Origin: Candidatus Dormiibacterota bacterium
GTDB taxonomy: Bacteria; Chloroflexota; Dormibacteria; Aeolococcales; Aeolococcaceae
Reading direction: 5' to 3'
DNA: 64,000 nucleotides
Assembly (NCBI GenBank): GCA_963718525.1
Contig: OY970355.1
Coordinates: forward strand, 1,760,001 to 1,824,000
Notes under the pieces: model-generated
What the model was told of the DNA's origin: nothing
Seen by the model: the letters and a program-made list of their open reading frames with translations, nothing else
Databases searched by the model: none
Translations under genes and position numbers: made by a program
Shown: positions 34,720 to 45,169 of the stretch, in pieces
Layout of the letters: every line of letters begins with the position of its first letter
Numbering within the stretch: position 1 is the first letter of the stretch

Positions 34720-35397
34720 TTGACAGTGAAGACACCATTTGGGATCTCTAGTCGAGGACGAGTCGCGAGGGGCTCGGTTGGAGTTTCGTCGTTGCCGCGC
34801 TCCGGATACCGTGGCAAGCGGCTCCTGGACCTTGCCTGCGTCTGCGTGCTTGCACCGCCCGCCGCCGCCATCGGCGCATTCTGCGCGATTGCGGTGCGAA
34901 TGACTTCATCCGGCCCTTGCCTTTTTCGCCAACAACGTGTGGGTCGAGACGGGCAACCATTCACCATTCTGAAGTTTCGTACCATGATCCACGCAGATAA
35001 TCCCCTCCATCCGGAAACGGACCGGATCACGACCGTCGGGGGGTGGCTGCGCCGGAGCTCATTTGACGAGCTGCCACAGCTCTGGAACGTCGTTCGCGGC
35101 GACATGAGCATGGTCGGACCCCGCCCGACCCTCGCATACCAAGTGGATCGTTACACGCCGAGGCAGCGCGGCCGGCTCTCAGTGCTTCCAGGAATCACTG
35201 GCCTAGCGCAGATTCGCGGGCGCAACGGTATCTCGTGGTCGCAGCGCATCGACTTCGACCTCGAATATGTTCAGCGTCAGAGCCTGCGACTGGATTTGAC
35301 CATCCTGTCTCTGACCCTTTTTGCCGTCCTCAAGCGCGAGGGGGTCGAGGGCCACCCGCGAGACGACCCGCTGGCTCGCGTTGACGATGGTGGATGA
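34720..35397 (+). CDS. Priming phosphoglycosyl transferase (PglC/WcaJ-type Bac_transf)
   Basis: KRLLD, FRQQRVGRDG, KFRTM, DELPQLWNV, MSMVGPRP, PGITGLAQ; start uncertain. Confidence 0.92.
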   Translation: MTVKTPFGISSRGRVARGSVGVSSLPRSGYRGKRLLDLACVCVLAPPAAAIGAFCAIAVRMTSSGPCLFRQQRVGRDGQPFTILKFRTMIHADNPLHPETDRITTVGGWLRRSSFDELPQLWNVVRGDMSMVGPRPTLAYQVDRYTPRQRGRLSVLPGITGLAQIRGRNGISWSQRIDFDLEYVQRQSLRLDLTILSLTLFAVLKREGVEGHPRDDPLARVDDGG

Positions 35398-36527
35398 TGG
35401 CCCCGATGCGAATCAAGCTCGCATGTCCTGACGTGGGCGACGAGGAGGCCGAGGCAGTCCGCCGCGTCCTGATGTCGGGCGTGCTGACCAACGGGCCTGC
35501 GATTCGAGAATTCGAGACCGCCTTTGCGCAGAGGCACCAGGTCGAGCACGCGATAGCCTTCGCCAACGGCACGGTCGCCCTCGCGGCGATGTATCTGGGC
35601 CTCGACATCGGACCAGGTGACGAGGTCATCGTCCCTTCAATGACCTTTATCTCCTCGGCGACGTCAGTGCTGCATGTGGGGGCGACACCCGTGTTTGCCG
35701 ACGTGCTACCAGACACGTTTAACGTCGATCCTCGTGACGTTCTGCAACGAATAACGCCGCGCACACGCGCAATACTCGCCGTCCATTACGGTGGTCAGCC
35801 AGCCGACATGGCTGAACTCTCCGACATCGCCCGCGATGCCGGCGTCGTGATGCTCGAGGATGCCGCCGAAGCCCACGGTGCTTCGTACCGCGGGCAGCCG
35901 GTCGGAGGGCTTGGCAAAGCCGCGATGTTCAGCTTTACCCCCACCAAGAACATCACGACCGGCGAGGGAGGGATCGTCACAACCAATGACGGTGACCTCG
36001 CCGCCCGTCTTCGGCTACTTCGCAACCACGGCCAGACGTCACTCTACCAACACGCAGTCCTGGGGTTCAACTGGCGCATGACCGAGATGCAGGCGGCCAT
36101 GGGCGTCGTTCAACTCGGTCGCCTCGACGATATCATCAGGCGAAAGCGCACGAACGCGACAACCTTCGGCGATCGGTTGCGCCTGATCCGCGGCGTGACA
36201 CCGCCAGCAGCGCAACCGGACCGAGAGCACGTCTACATGCTCTTCACGACCCTCCTGGACAGCCGTCGCGACGAGGTGCGGGATGCGATGCTCAGGGCCG
36301 GCGTCGAAGTGCGGCTGTACTTCCCGCCCGCACATCGGCAGCCCATCTTCGCCAACCGCCACGTGGATCTTCCAGTCACCGAAGACCTGAGCAGGCGGAT
36401 GCTCTCGCTGCCGTTCCATACGCGGTTAACGGGCCGACAGTTCGAGGATATTGCATCGACACTTGAAAGAGCGCTGGCCGGTGTCGGCGCGCATGAAACG
36501 TGCCGTGAACCGGCTTGTGATTGCTAG
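35394..36527 (+). CDS. DegT/DnrJ/EryC1/StrS PLP-dependent sugar aminotransferase
   Basis: NGTVAL, EDAAEAHG, FSFTPTKNITTGEGG with the PLP lysine. Confidence 0.93.
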   Translation: MMAPMRIKLACPDVGDEEAEAVRRVLMSGVLTNGPAIREFETAFAQRHQVEHAIAFANGTVALAAMYLGLDIGPGDEVIVPSMTFISSATSVLHVGATPVFADVLPDTFNVDPRDVLQRITPRTRAILAVHYGGQPADMAELSDIARDAGVVMLEDAAEAHGASYRGQPVGGLGKAAMFSFTPTKNITTGEGGIVTTNDGDLAARLRLLRNHGQTSLYQHAVLGFNWRMTEMQAAMGVVQLGRLDDIIRRKRTNATTFGDRLRLIRGVTPPAAQPDREHVYMLFTTLLDSRRDEVRDAMLRAGVEVRLYFPPAHRQPIFANRHVDLPVTEDLSRRMLSLPFHTRLTGRQFEDIASTLERALAGVGAHETCREPACDC

Positions 36528-36985
36528 CGCCGGTGGCGGTCGTTGCGACACCTCGTCGTCGAGGAGCGATGCCACTCGTAGCCGCGCTGGCGATCTGCTG
36601 GCCCGTCAGGTCGTGCGGCGCTATCAGCAAACGCATCTCGAACCACCTGCTGCTCGAGTGCCGACGCCGCCACCGAGGCCTGAGCCATTTGCTGGAGCTG
36701 ACCAGCTTTCATCGGTCCATGGCGGCTGCCCGGATTTGCAGAGTGGAGAAGGTCATGATCGACAGCCGGTCAGCGCCGGTAGGGTGCCGCAGCCGATGAC
36801 GACGGATCCTGGCACGGCGGCGCTGTCTCCCGGTCGGGTCGATCAGCGTCAGGACTGCCGTCGATCACGCCCCTGGCTACAGCCACCTGGCTCGGCCCCG
36901 ACGTGTCAGTTGCGTGTATTCCGAATAGATGCGCCAGACTACAGTCGTCCATGGAAGATTCGATTACGCGAAACGGGCTCCTGCC

Positions 36986-37474
36986 ATGAATTTGTGGAGC
37001 CGACACCTCGGCGGTGTGGATGGCGTCGAGGTCATTCCGGGCCTATGGATGGGGGCAGCTCCGAGTCGGCGCACGGCCCTCAGGCTTGCTCGTGCCGGCG
37101 TGACCCACGCTATCGATCTCCGCAGCTGCGGAGGCGCGGTGCCCGCGACCACTTGGCCAGAGGCCGTGTTCAAACACCGCTATCCCCTGGAGGAATATGA
37201 GGCCCCCGAGATCGTGGAATTGAGCCAGATGAGCAGCGAGGTCGCCAGCCTCGTCGCTCAGGGAGAGGTCGTTTATATCCACTGCCGCGCGGGTGTCCAG
37301 CGTGCACCCTTGGTCGCCTGTGCCGTCCTTATGCAGATGGGCTGGTCACTCGCTGATGCCTACCGCATGGTCAGTGCGAGGCGAGCGGCCACAGCCATGA
37401 GCGGAGACCAGTTGAGCGTGTTGCGGGAATTCGCGAATTGGTTGGGCAGCCAGGCGACCTCGACAACTCAATGA
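36986..37474 (+). CDS. Dual-specificity protein phosphatase family protein
   Basis: IPGLWMG...GVTHAIDL...VYIHCRAGVQRA (CX5R P-loop). Confidence 0.85.
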   Translation: MNLWSRHLGGVDGVEVIPGLWMGAAPSRRTALRLARAGVTHAIDLRSCGGAVPATTWPEAVFKHRYPLEEYEAPEIVELSQMSSEVASLVAQGEVVYIHCRAGVQRAPLVACAVLMQMGWSLADAYRMVSARRAATAMSGDQLSVLREFANWLGSQATSTTQ

Positions 37475-37544
37475 CAAGTGTGGCCCTGTGGCACGACAAT
37501 CATCTCTGCGGGACAAGAAGCCGATGGTCGAAGGGGATGAGAGG

Positions 37545-38312
37545 ATGATCAGAAGTTGGGCCGAGCATTCTCGGGCGTTCTCCGGAAGGTATGTTGCCGT
37601 CACGGGGGCACAAGGCGGAATCGGACAGGCTACGGCAAGGGCATTTGCCGAGGCCGGAGCCACCGTGATCACCATTGACCGGACGCTGGAAGAGGCCAAC
37701 CGCGCCGCGGCCCGGTTACCTCGAAGGACACCCAATGTAGCCCACGCACCGGTGGCGATGGATTTCGCCGAGTCGTCCTCCGTCGCCGAGGGATTACATC
37801 AGATTCGTTCAATCTCACGCAACATTGCGGCTCTCGTCAATGTAGCTGGGATGGCGGAGGATGCCCTCGTGCACATGGTCACTCCGGAATCCATTCGGCG
37901 GCACATGCAGATAAACTTCGAAGCCCATGTTCAGATCACGCAGTACGTCACCAGAATGATGCTGCGTTCAGGTGGGGGGTCGGTGGTTAACGTGTCGAGT
38001 GTGACAGGGATGGATGGGAATCCCGGCCAGTTGGCATACGGATCATCCAAGGCTGCGGTGCTGTCCGCCACCCGCACCTTGTCAATGGAACTGGCTTCAC
38101 GCGGCATCCGCGTGAATGCCGTTGCTCCCGGAATGATTGACACGGACATGAGCAGGGCTTTGGACGATGCGGGCAGGGATCGCATAATGCGGCGAGTCAG
38201 CATGAAACGAATCGGAGGGCCGGAGGAGGTTGCGGCGACGATTCTTTGGCTATGTTCGCCCGCTGCCTCGTATGTCACCGGGCAGACCCTGCGCATAGAC
38301 GGCTGCATGTGA
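37545..38312 (+). CDS. SDR oxidoreductase (FabG-like)
   Basis: TGAQGGIG, VNVAG, YGSSK, IRVNAVAPG. Confidence 0.9.
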   Translation: MIRSWAEHSRAFSGRYVAVTGAQGGIGQATARAFAEAGATVITIDRTLEEANRAAARLPRRTPNVAHAPVAMDFAESSSVAEGLHQIRSISRNIAALVNVAGMAEDALVHMVTPESIRRHMQINFEAHVQITQYVTRMMLRSGGGSVVNVSSVTGMDGNPGQLAYGSSKAAVLSATRTLSMELASRGIRVNAVAPGMIDTDMSRALDDAGRDRIMRRVSMKRIGGPEEVAATILWLCSPAASYVTGQTLRIDGCM

Positions 38313-39067
38313 TGGCGCATCGCCTCCTCGAAGGGCATCGGGTCCTCGTCACGGGCGCGAATCGCGGGATCGGGTGGGCGACGTGTCAGACGCTGGCTGC
38401 CAATGGCGCGCACGTTATAGGTGCCTCACGTTCCAGTGGTGTCGAGTTCCTAACACGGCTAGAGTCTTTGGGCAGCACGTACGGGGTCCAGGTAACGAAC
38501 GTGCAACTAGACCTGACCGACCCTGAATCCCTTAGGCTGGCGTTATCGTACGTACGCAAGTCGGAGGAACCACTTTCGGGTCTGGTCAATAATGCTGGCG
38601 TGACCTACAATGGGCTGTTGCAGATGTCCCCTCTAGAGGCCGCGCGCGATGTCTTTGAAACCAACTTCTTCGGGCTGCTGAGCCTCATGCAGGGCTGTGC
38701 GAAGCTCATGGCGCGGCAGCGTACCGGAAGCATCGTCAACGTGGCTTCCACGGCAGCTATCGACGCCAATCCCGGTAGGTCCATATACGGCGCCTCGAAG
38801 GCTGCCGTGATCACGCTGACCAAGGCGTCTGCACGCGAACTTGGGCCATTAGGTATCCGAGTGAATGCCGTAGCTCCAGGTGTGACCGAGACGGAGATGC
38901 TTGCGACCATGACCGATGAAGTGATCGCCGATGTAGAGAGAACTACAGACCTCGGTCGCCGAGGGCAACCCAGCGAGGTCGCCGAAGCAATCTGTTTTCT
39001 GCTCTCGCCCATGGCGTCCTACGTGAGCGGCCAGGTATTGCGAGTCGATGGCGGGATGCGGCCATGA
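38312..39067 (+). CDS. SDR oxidoreductase (FabG-like)
   Basis: TGANRGIG, VNNAG, YGASK, IRVNAVAPG. Confidence 0.9.
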   Translation: MAHRLLEGHRVLVTGANRGIGWATCQTLAANGAHVIGASRSSGVEFLTRLESLGSTYGVQVTNVQLDLTDPESLRLALSYVRKSEEPLSGLVNNAGVTYNGLLQMSPLEAARDVFETNFFGLLSLMQGCAKLMARQRTGSIVNVASTAAIDANPGRSIYGASKAAVITLTKASARELGPLGIRVNAVAPGVTETEMLATMTDEVIADVERTTDLGRRGQPSEVAEAICFLLSPMASYVSGQVLRVDGGMRP

Positions 39068-39904
39068 ATCTCGACGCTGTGACGGACGCTTCCTTGGCGG
39101 AAATAGCAGCCCGTTCCAGGAGGTCCGTGGTGAGCATTGGGCATGCCGCCGGTGGCATGGGGGCACATTTCGGGCCAGCGCTCTCGTTGATCGAGATAAT
39201 GGCCGTCGTATATGGCATTGCAGTTCGCCATTCGCCGATTGATCGCCTGAAACCGGATCGTGACCGAGTTCATCCTGAGCAAAGGGCATGGGAGCCTGGC
39301 GCTCTATGCGGTGCTTCACGAGTACGGATACATTGATGCAGCAGTCTTGGTCACGGCTGAGCAGGACGGAACCGTGTTACCGGGACAGCCCATCAGGAAC
39401 AGGGAGTTGGGCATCGAATTCTCCAGCGGAAGTCTCGGGATGGGCCTGTCCTTCGGTGTAGGTCTAGCGCTGTCCGCTCGGATGAGTGCTAGCGATCGCT
39501 CAATCTACGTTGTAATGGGCGACGGAGAGACCAACGAGGGCTCGGTATTGGAGGCAGCGATGTCAGCTTCTCACTTCGAGCTGGGACACCTGACGGCGAT
39601 CGTGGACGTCAATAGCCTGCAGTCCGATGGTCCCACCTCGGAGGTCATGGATTGTGACCTTCGTGCAATCTGGGGGGGCTTCGGCTGGGATGTGATCGAG
39701 GTGGATGGCCACTCAATTCCGGAACTAAGGGTGGCCCTTCTTCGTCCCGCTAGTTCGCGTCCTCGGTGCATTCTCGCCCACACGATCAAAGGAAAGGGTG
39801 TGTCGTTCATGGAAGCAGTATCGGAGTGGCACCACGGACGCATGACTGACGCACAGTTCGAGGCAGCCTCGCAAGAAGTTCACTTGGCAGATTTGGCCCC
39901 ATGA
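39064..39904 (+). CDS. Transketolase N-terminal (ThDP-binding) subunit, +1 frameshift near 39267
   Basis: GAHFGPALS...PDRDR in one frame; FILSKGH, GSLGMG, MGDGETNEG, HTIKGKG...WHH in the next. Confidence 0.85.
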
Positions 39905-40956
39905 AGATCCCATCCGCCAGGGGGCTGTCGCGGCTTGGACCCAGAGGCACATTTGGGGTCGCCCTCTTGGACGCGGCTACTGGAAACGATCGAATCGTCG
40001 GCCTCACGGCCGATTTGGCCATCACCGCTGGCATGGAGCGGTTCCGAGCTCAGATGCCCGAGCGCTTCGTCAACGTTGGGATAGCCGAGCAGAACATGGT
40101 GGGAATCGCCGCAGGTCTAGCCGATGATGGTTGGATCCCATTCGCAGTGACCTTTGCGAACTTTGCCGCCATGCGAAGTTGTGAGTTCGTCCGACATCAC
40201 CTTGGCTACATGCAGCAGAACGTCAAGATGGTGGGTATCGGAGCCGGATTTGCGATGGGACAATTCGGCACCACTCACTACTCCTTGGAGGACGTGGCTG
40301 TACTCAGGGCAGTCCCCAATCTGACCATCGTCAGTCCCGCAGACTGTGGTGAGGTGTACGAGGCGGTTCACGCGCTGTCGGTGTCCAGTTTCCCTGCCTA
40401 CCTGAGGCTCAGCGGGGTTCCGTCAATGCCTTCCGTCGCCCAAGAGGGGACCGAATTCCAAATCGGACGTGCTCGGGTACTCCGTGGTGGCTCAGACGTC
40501 ACTCTCGTCGCTACGGGCAGCATGGTCTCTGTTGCCCTTGGCGCGGCCTCTCTGATGTCGGGTCGGGGGCTTTCCGTTGGCGTCCTCAACATGCATACCA
40601 TCAAGCCTGTTGACGAGAAGGCACTTACCCGCCTTATGGGCCAGACAACCGCCCTAGTGACCGTCGAGGAACACTCAGTCTTGGGTGGGCTTGGTGGCGC
40701 TGTGGCTGAAGTCGTGGCCGCCATCCCCGGGGGACCGCCCGTCCTGCAACTCGGGGTACGTGATGCGTTCCCAAAGGTTGGTTCTTATCAATATGTCCTT
40801 GAACAGTGCGGGCTAACGGACCGGTCTGTTGCCGCCGCGGCCGAAGAGTGGCTCACAGCGATAAGCCGGCGGAGATCGCCCGCGGTCTGGGCAACAGCAA
40901 TCAGGCCGTCTGCAACCGGCGCGATCGCCGGCGACGCCGCGGGTTCGAGGGGCTGA
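39901..40956 (+). CDS. Transketolase C-terminal subunit
   Basis: NVGIAEQNM, GTTHYSLED, PAYLRL, HTIKP, VEEHSVLGGLG. Confidence 0.92.
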   Translation: MKIPSARGLSRLGPRGTFGVALLDAATGNDRIVGLTADLAITAGMERFRAQMPERFVNVGIAEQNMVGIAAGLADDGWIPFAVTFANFAAMRSCEFVRHHLGYMQQNVKMVGIGAGFAMGQFGTTHYSLEDVAVLRAVPNLTIVSPADCGEVYEAVHALSVSSFPAYLRLSGVPSMPSVAQEGTEFQIGRARVLRGGSDVTLVATGSMVSVALGAASLMSGRGLSVGVLNMHTIKPVDEKALTRLMGQTTALVTVEEHSVLGGLGGAVAEVVAAIPGGPPVLQLGVRDAFPKVGSYQYVLEQCGLTDRSVAAAAEEWLTAISRRRSPAVWATAIRPSATGAIAGDAAGSRG

Positions 40957-41048
40957 AACGCCCGGGAGAGGGGCGCCTCGCCAACTTCGCGGCCGAGCAA
41001 TCAAACGAGGCGACCATGTCCGCCGATCAAGAGGAGAACGGATCCAAA

Positions 41049-41309
41049 ATGAAGGCTGAAGAGGCTCTCAAGTTGGCCTTTGCCGAGGGTCTGGGGTTGC
41101 CCGTTGATGATGTGGACTGGCCCGCGCTAGCGTATCGCGGCATCCCTGAGTGGGATTCAGTAGCTCACATGCAGGTCGTTGCTGAGATCGAAGATGCCTT
41201 CGATATCATGCTGGAAATTGACGATGTCGTTGCGATGTCGAGCTTCGAGGTGGCCAAAGAGATTTTGACTAAGTATGGCGTTAGTTTCTCCGGTAACGAT
41301 GCTACTTGA
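41049..41309 (+). CDS. Acyl carrier protein
   Basis: Acidic 86 aa protein; WDSVAHM phosphopantetheine-Ser motif; EIEDAFDI. Confidence 0.88.
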   Translation: MKAEEALKLAFAEGLGLPVDDVDWPALAYRGIPEWDSVAHMQVVAEIEDAFDIMLEIDDVVAMSSFEVAKEILTKYGVSFSGNDAT

Positions 41310-42732
41310 CGCCCTCAGAGATACATCCGTAGTGCTGCTCGAGGCGTACTCGGGGCGGCCGGTCACTGCAGGGGCGATACGAAATCGAGCTGCTCAGATC
41401 AGCCGAGCGCCACGCAGGCTCGTCTTCCTCATGGCGGATGGAACCGCGGACTCGGCCCATTGGTTCTTAGCGCTCTTAGAGGCTCGGCATCCGGTGGCGC
41501 TGATTGACTCCGGCATCGCGTGGCCGATGATTGCAGACTTGATCGACCGATACCGGCCAGATCTCCTTGTCGATCCGGCCGGCAAGCACTCCAGGGAGCT
41601 TGCATCCTCGCCTCAGGGTGCTCGTGGTCGCCTCACCGAGCGTACCGTTTGGCTCGCGTCAGACGGCGGCCCGGAACCGCATACGGACTTGGCAGTCCTA
41701 CTAACGACGTCAGGGTCCACCGGGAGCCCTAAGTTCGTGCGCCTTTCCTCGAACAATATTCGCGTAAACGCCGAGCAGATTGTGGATTCCCTGGGCATCA
41801 CAGCGGATGATCGAGGTGTGACGGCGCTCCCGCTGTTCTACTCATTCGGGATGTCGGTGTTGACCTCCCATGCGCTGGCCGGGTCACCGGTCCTCGTGAC
41901 AGCCGCAAGCGTCGTCGAGGAGTCCTTCTGGTCCGATCTAGTTCGCTACGAAGTCTCCGTCCTGCCCGGAGTCCCGGCGACCTATTCGATGCTGAAGCGC
42001 TTGGGATTCGACCGGCGCGATCTTCCGCGACTGAGAGCGCTCATCCAGGCGGGCGGTCGGCTCGATCCGGAGCTTGTAACCTTCTTCCATCGTGTGATGA
42101 CGCGCCGGGGCGGACGTTTCTTCGTCATGTACGGGCAGACAGAAGCATCCCCGCGGATTTCGTGCCTGCCCTCCGAGCGCCTCCCGGAGAAGCTCGGCTC
42201 AGTCGGGCTTCCACTTCCAGGCGGTAAGCTGGCGATTCGTGGGAAGGATGGTGGCGAGGTGGGCGCCGGAACGACGGGTGAGGTCGTCTACCGGGGCCCG
42301 AACGTGATGATGGGCTATGCCGAATCCCGGGACGACCTGGCACTTGGTGATACTTGCGCGGCGGTCTTGGCCACTGGCGACCTGGGATACCTTGATGACG
42401 AGGGATTTCTGTATCTGACTGGCCGGTCCAACCGAATCTGCAAGCTGGCGGGGGGCCGAGTATCACTGGACGATATTGAGATCATGTCGGCGTGGATCCT
42501 GCGCGGCGAAGCCCAGGTCGCCGCCGTCGACGGCGGCGATCTAGGGGTGTCGTTATTCACAACGGCACTAGAACCGGCAGCCATCGATTTGCGACACGCG
42601 CTCGCGCGTGAGCTCAGGGTTCCTCCGAAGCTAATTGTCGTGTGCGCAGTCGACAGGATCCCGCAGTTGCCTAATGGGAAGACCGACTACGCAGCCTTGG
42701 AGCGCTTGGTCCGTGCTGGAGAGGCGAAGTGA
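41299..42732 (+). CDS. AMP-binding acyl-CoA/acyl-ACP ligase
   Basis: TTSGSTGSPK, MYGQTEA, ATGDLG, GRSNR, LPNGKTD. Confidence 0.92.
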   Translation: MLLDALRDTSVVLLEAYSGRPVTAGAIRNRAAQISRAPRRLVFLMADGTADSAHWFLALLEARHPVALIDSGIAWPMIADLIDRYRPDLLVDPAGKHSRELASSPQGARGRLTERTVWLASDGGPEPHTDLAVLLTTSGSTGSPKFVRLSSNNIRVNAEQIVDSLGITADDRGVTALPLFYSFGMSVLTSHALAGSPVLVTAASVVEESFWSDLVRYEVSVLPGVPATYSMLKRLGFDRRDLPRLRALIQAGGRLDPELVTFFHRVMTRRGGRFFVMYGQTEASPRISCLPSERLPEKLGSVGLPLPGGKLAIRGKDGGEVGAGTTGEVVYRGPNVMMGYAESRDDLALGDTCAAVLATGDLGYLDDEGFLYLTGRSNRICKLAGGRVSLDDIEIMSAWILRGEAQVAAVDGGDLGVSLFTTALEPAAIDLRHALARELRVPPKLIVVCAVDRIPQLPNGKTDYAALERLVRAGEAK

Positions 42733-43880
42733 GTAGTCTACCTGCCGCCTCCGCGTCCGAGTTGGATTCGGCCGGCGCCGCGACTTCTCCAGCTCTGGCT
42801 GAGCTCTTTGACAGGCCGCAGTTCTCGATTCCACAGGCTGAGAAGGAGGAACTCCTGCTTGGCGAGCTAACCCATATGGTTACTCGGCATAGGTTGGCGT
42901 GCGATCCATATAGGCGGATCACGGACGCCGTCGGCAGGCCACTGCAAACCTACGCTTCATTGGCCGAATTGCCTTACCTCCCCGTTTCATTGTTCAAGTC
43001 GCATCAATTGTCCAGCGTCCCCGCTGAGGAAGTCTTCAGAGTGATGGCGTCTTCGGGTACTACGGGGCAGGCAGTCTCACAGATAATCCTTGATCGCAAG
43101 ACAGCAGATCTGCAGTCAAGAGCTTTGTCAGTTGTGATGGCCCGGGTCCTTGGCAGTCAGCGAAGCCCCATGGTTATCATAGACACGCCGAGCGTGGTCA
43201 ACAGGAGCAAGTTGTTCTCCGCGCGAAGCGCGGGCGTCCTGGGGATGCTGCCTTTTGGCCGACGTCACTTCTACGCACTCAACGATGACATGGAACTGGA
43301 CGATGCGGGATTGCGGGAATTCCTAGACCGTCACACCGGGCAACGCATCCTGCTTTTTGGCTTCACGTTTATGGTCTGGAAGTATTTCCTTCAGGCCCTG
43401 GCGAAACGCGGGGCTGTCGATATTGATCTTTCGCTTGGTGTCCTCATCCATTCAGGTGGGTGGAAGAAGTTGGCTGAGGAGGCAGTGAGTAACGCACAAT
43501 TCAAGTGTGCATTGAAGGAGGCAACGGGGCTCCGCCGAGTGCACAACTTCTATGGCATGGCCGAGCAAGTCGGTTCGGTGTTCTTGGAGGGTGATGACGG
43601 CTTTCTGTACCCCCCGAGCTTTGCTGACGTGATTGTGCGCGATCCACAGACGTGGGAGCCCGCGCCGGACGGCACGCCTGGCGTCGTTGAGATCCTCTCA
43701 GTTCTCCCGCGCTCCTACCCGGGCCACATCCTGTTGACGGAAGATCGTGGAGTGGTTCACGGAGTTGGTGAGCCGACCGGCGGCTGGGCCGGAAAGCAAT
43801 TGGAAATCCTCGGTCGCCTGCCGAAATCCGAGCTGCGGGGATGCTCCGACACACACGCCTTCGATACGGCTTCAAGGTGA
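42729..43880 (+). CDS. luxE: LuxE-family acyl-protein synthetase
   Basis: LPVSLFK, SSGTTG, HSGGWK, FYGMAEQ, SYPGH.LLTED, C-terminal ELRGCS. Confidence 0.88.
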   Translation: MSSLPAASASELDSAGAATSPALAELFDRPQFSIPQAEKEELLLGELTHMVTRHRLACDPYRRITDAVGRPLQTYASLAELPYLPVSLFKSHQLSSVPAEEVFRVMASSGTTGQAVSQIILDRKTADLQSRALSVVMARVLGSQRSPMVIIDTPSVVNRSKLFSARSAGVLGMLPFGRRHFYALNDDMELDDAGLREFLDRHTGQRILLFGFTFMVWKYFLQALAKRGAVDIDLSLGVLIHSGGWKKLAEEAVSNAQFKCALKEATGLRRVHNFYGMAEQVGSVFLEGDDGFLYPPSFADVIVRDPQTWEPAPDGTPGVVEILSVLPRSYPGHILLTEDRGVVHGVGEPTGGWAGKQLEILGRLPKSELRGCSDTHAFDTASR

Positions 43881-45169
43881 CCACTCTGGAGGATAAACCT
43901 CGCGATGCAGGCACAAGCGAGTTGCCACAGAGTAGTGCGGTTCGCGTCCAGCAACTGCTTCCTACGCGAGAATCGGTCAACCTTATCGACTTGCTAGCTC
44001 AACTGAACTCCACGCCTGTGGTGGCCCCGTTCGATGCATCACGTACGGAATTCATCGCAGACGTTTGCCGACGATTAGGACGCCGGAGCCGCCACCATCC
44101 TGAAGCGCAGGCACTCGCCTTCTGGATGCGGAAGTCGGAGGTGCATCGACTCGCTCAGTCGTTCGTTGAGCTGGGTTCCGACCAGACCGTCCTTATGCCC
44201 CGCGGAACGGTATTCCATATCCCGCCCGCGAACGTCGACACCCTCTTCGCCTACTCGTGGGGACTATCAACACTGGTTGGCAATCGGAATATCGTCCGCC
44301 TCTCCTCCCGCGCAACAGATCAGTCGAACCTCATCGTCGACACCATCCGCGAAGTGCTGGTCGATCATCCGTTGGTAGCTGGTTCATCCTCCATGATCAC
44401 CTACGGCCACGAGGATGCGGCAACGGCCGCGATTTCAGCTAGCTGCGATGTAAGAGTAATCTGGGGTGGTGACGCAACGGTGAATCGGATTAGATCAATA
44501 CCAATCCCCGCGCATGCAACTGAGCTGGTATTTGCAGATCGGTTTTCCATCGCCGGAATCGGCATTCAAGCGTATCAGGCGCTCGATGCACAAGCACGTA
44601 ATCGCTTGGCTGAGTTATTCTTCGTCGACGCGTACTGGTTCGATCAGTTGGGTTGCTCGTCCGCCAGACTGCTGCTCTGGGTTGGCGCCGACGATCCACG
44701 GCCATCTGCGAGCGACTTCTATGATCGGGTCCGCGCGGTTGTGCGCAAGAGGGGGTATGCGGTAGATGCCTCTACAGCCATCGCCAAGCTCGCGCAAGCC
44801 TATCGCACGATGATCGATGCCGAGGTTTCCGGTTACATTGCTCGGGAGAATACGCTAGCCGTGCTCGAGATGGCATCCTTTCCCGACGTTCGCGGGGAGT
44901 TCTGCGGGGCCGGACTCTTCTACCAACTTCACGCCGGGGACTTGGCCGAAATTGTACCTCACATTCGGCGAGCCGACCAGACCTTCGCGACCTTCGGCAT
45001 CCCCGAGGCGGATTTGCGCAGATTAGTCTGGAATCTTCGGGGGCGCGGGATTGATCGAATTGTTCCCTTCGGTCAGGCACTGCATTTCAGCCGATACTGG
45101 GATGGATACGACCTTCTTGCCGAGCTTACGAGAAGAACCACGATTTCGTGGCGGCAGCAGCTTCCATGA
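43877..45169 (+). CDS. luxC: LuxC-family acyl-CoA reductase
   Basis: PRGTVFHIPPANV, GNRNIVRLSSR, IWGGDATV, FDQLGCSS, RGIDRIVPFG...WDG. Confidence 0.88.
   Translation: MTTLEDKPRDAGTSELPQSSAVRVQQLLPTRESVNLIDLLAQLNSTPVVAPFDASRTEFIADVCRRLGRRSRHHPEAQALAFWMRKSEVHRLAQSFVELGSDQTVLMPRGTVFHIPPANVDTLFAYSWGLSTLVGNRNIVRLSSRATDQSNLIVDTIREVLVDHPLVAGSSSMITYGHEDAATAAISASCDVRVIWGGDATVNRIRSIPIPAHATELVFADRFSIAGIGIQAYQALDAQARNRLAELFFVDAYWFDQLGCSSARLLLWVGADDPRPSASDFYDRVRAVVRKRGYAVDASTAIAKLAQAYRTMIDAEVSGYIARENTLAVLEMASFPDVRGEFCGAGLFYQLHAGDLAEIVPHIRRADQTFATFGIPEADLRRLVWNLRGRGIDRIVPFGQALHFSRYWDGYDLLAELTRRTTISWRQQLP

Noticed and set aside
42729-45169. Bioluminescence operon
   Set aside because: luxA, luxB, luxD and luxG are absent; the context is polysaccharide biosynthesis
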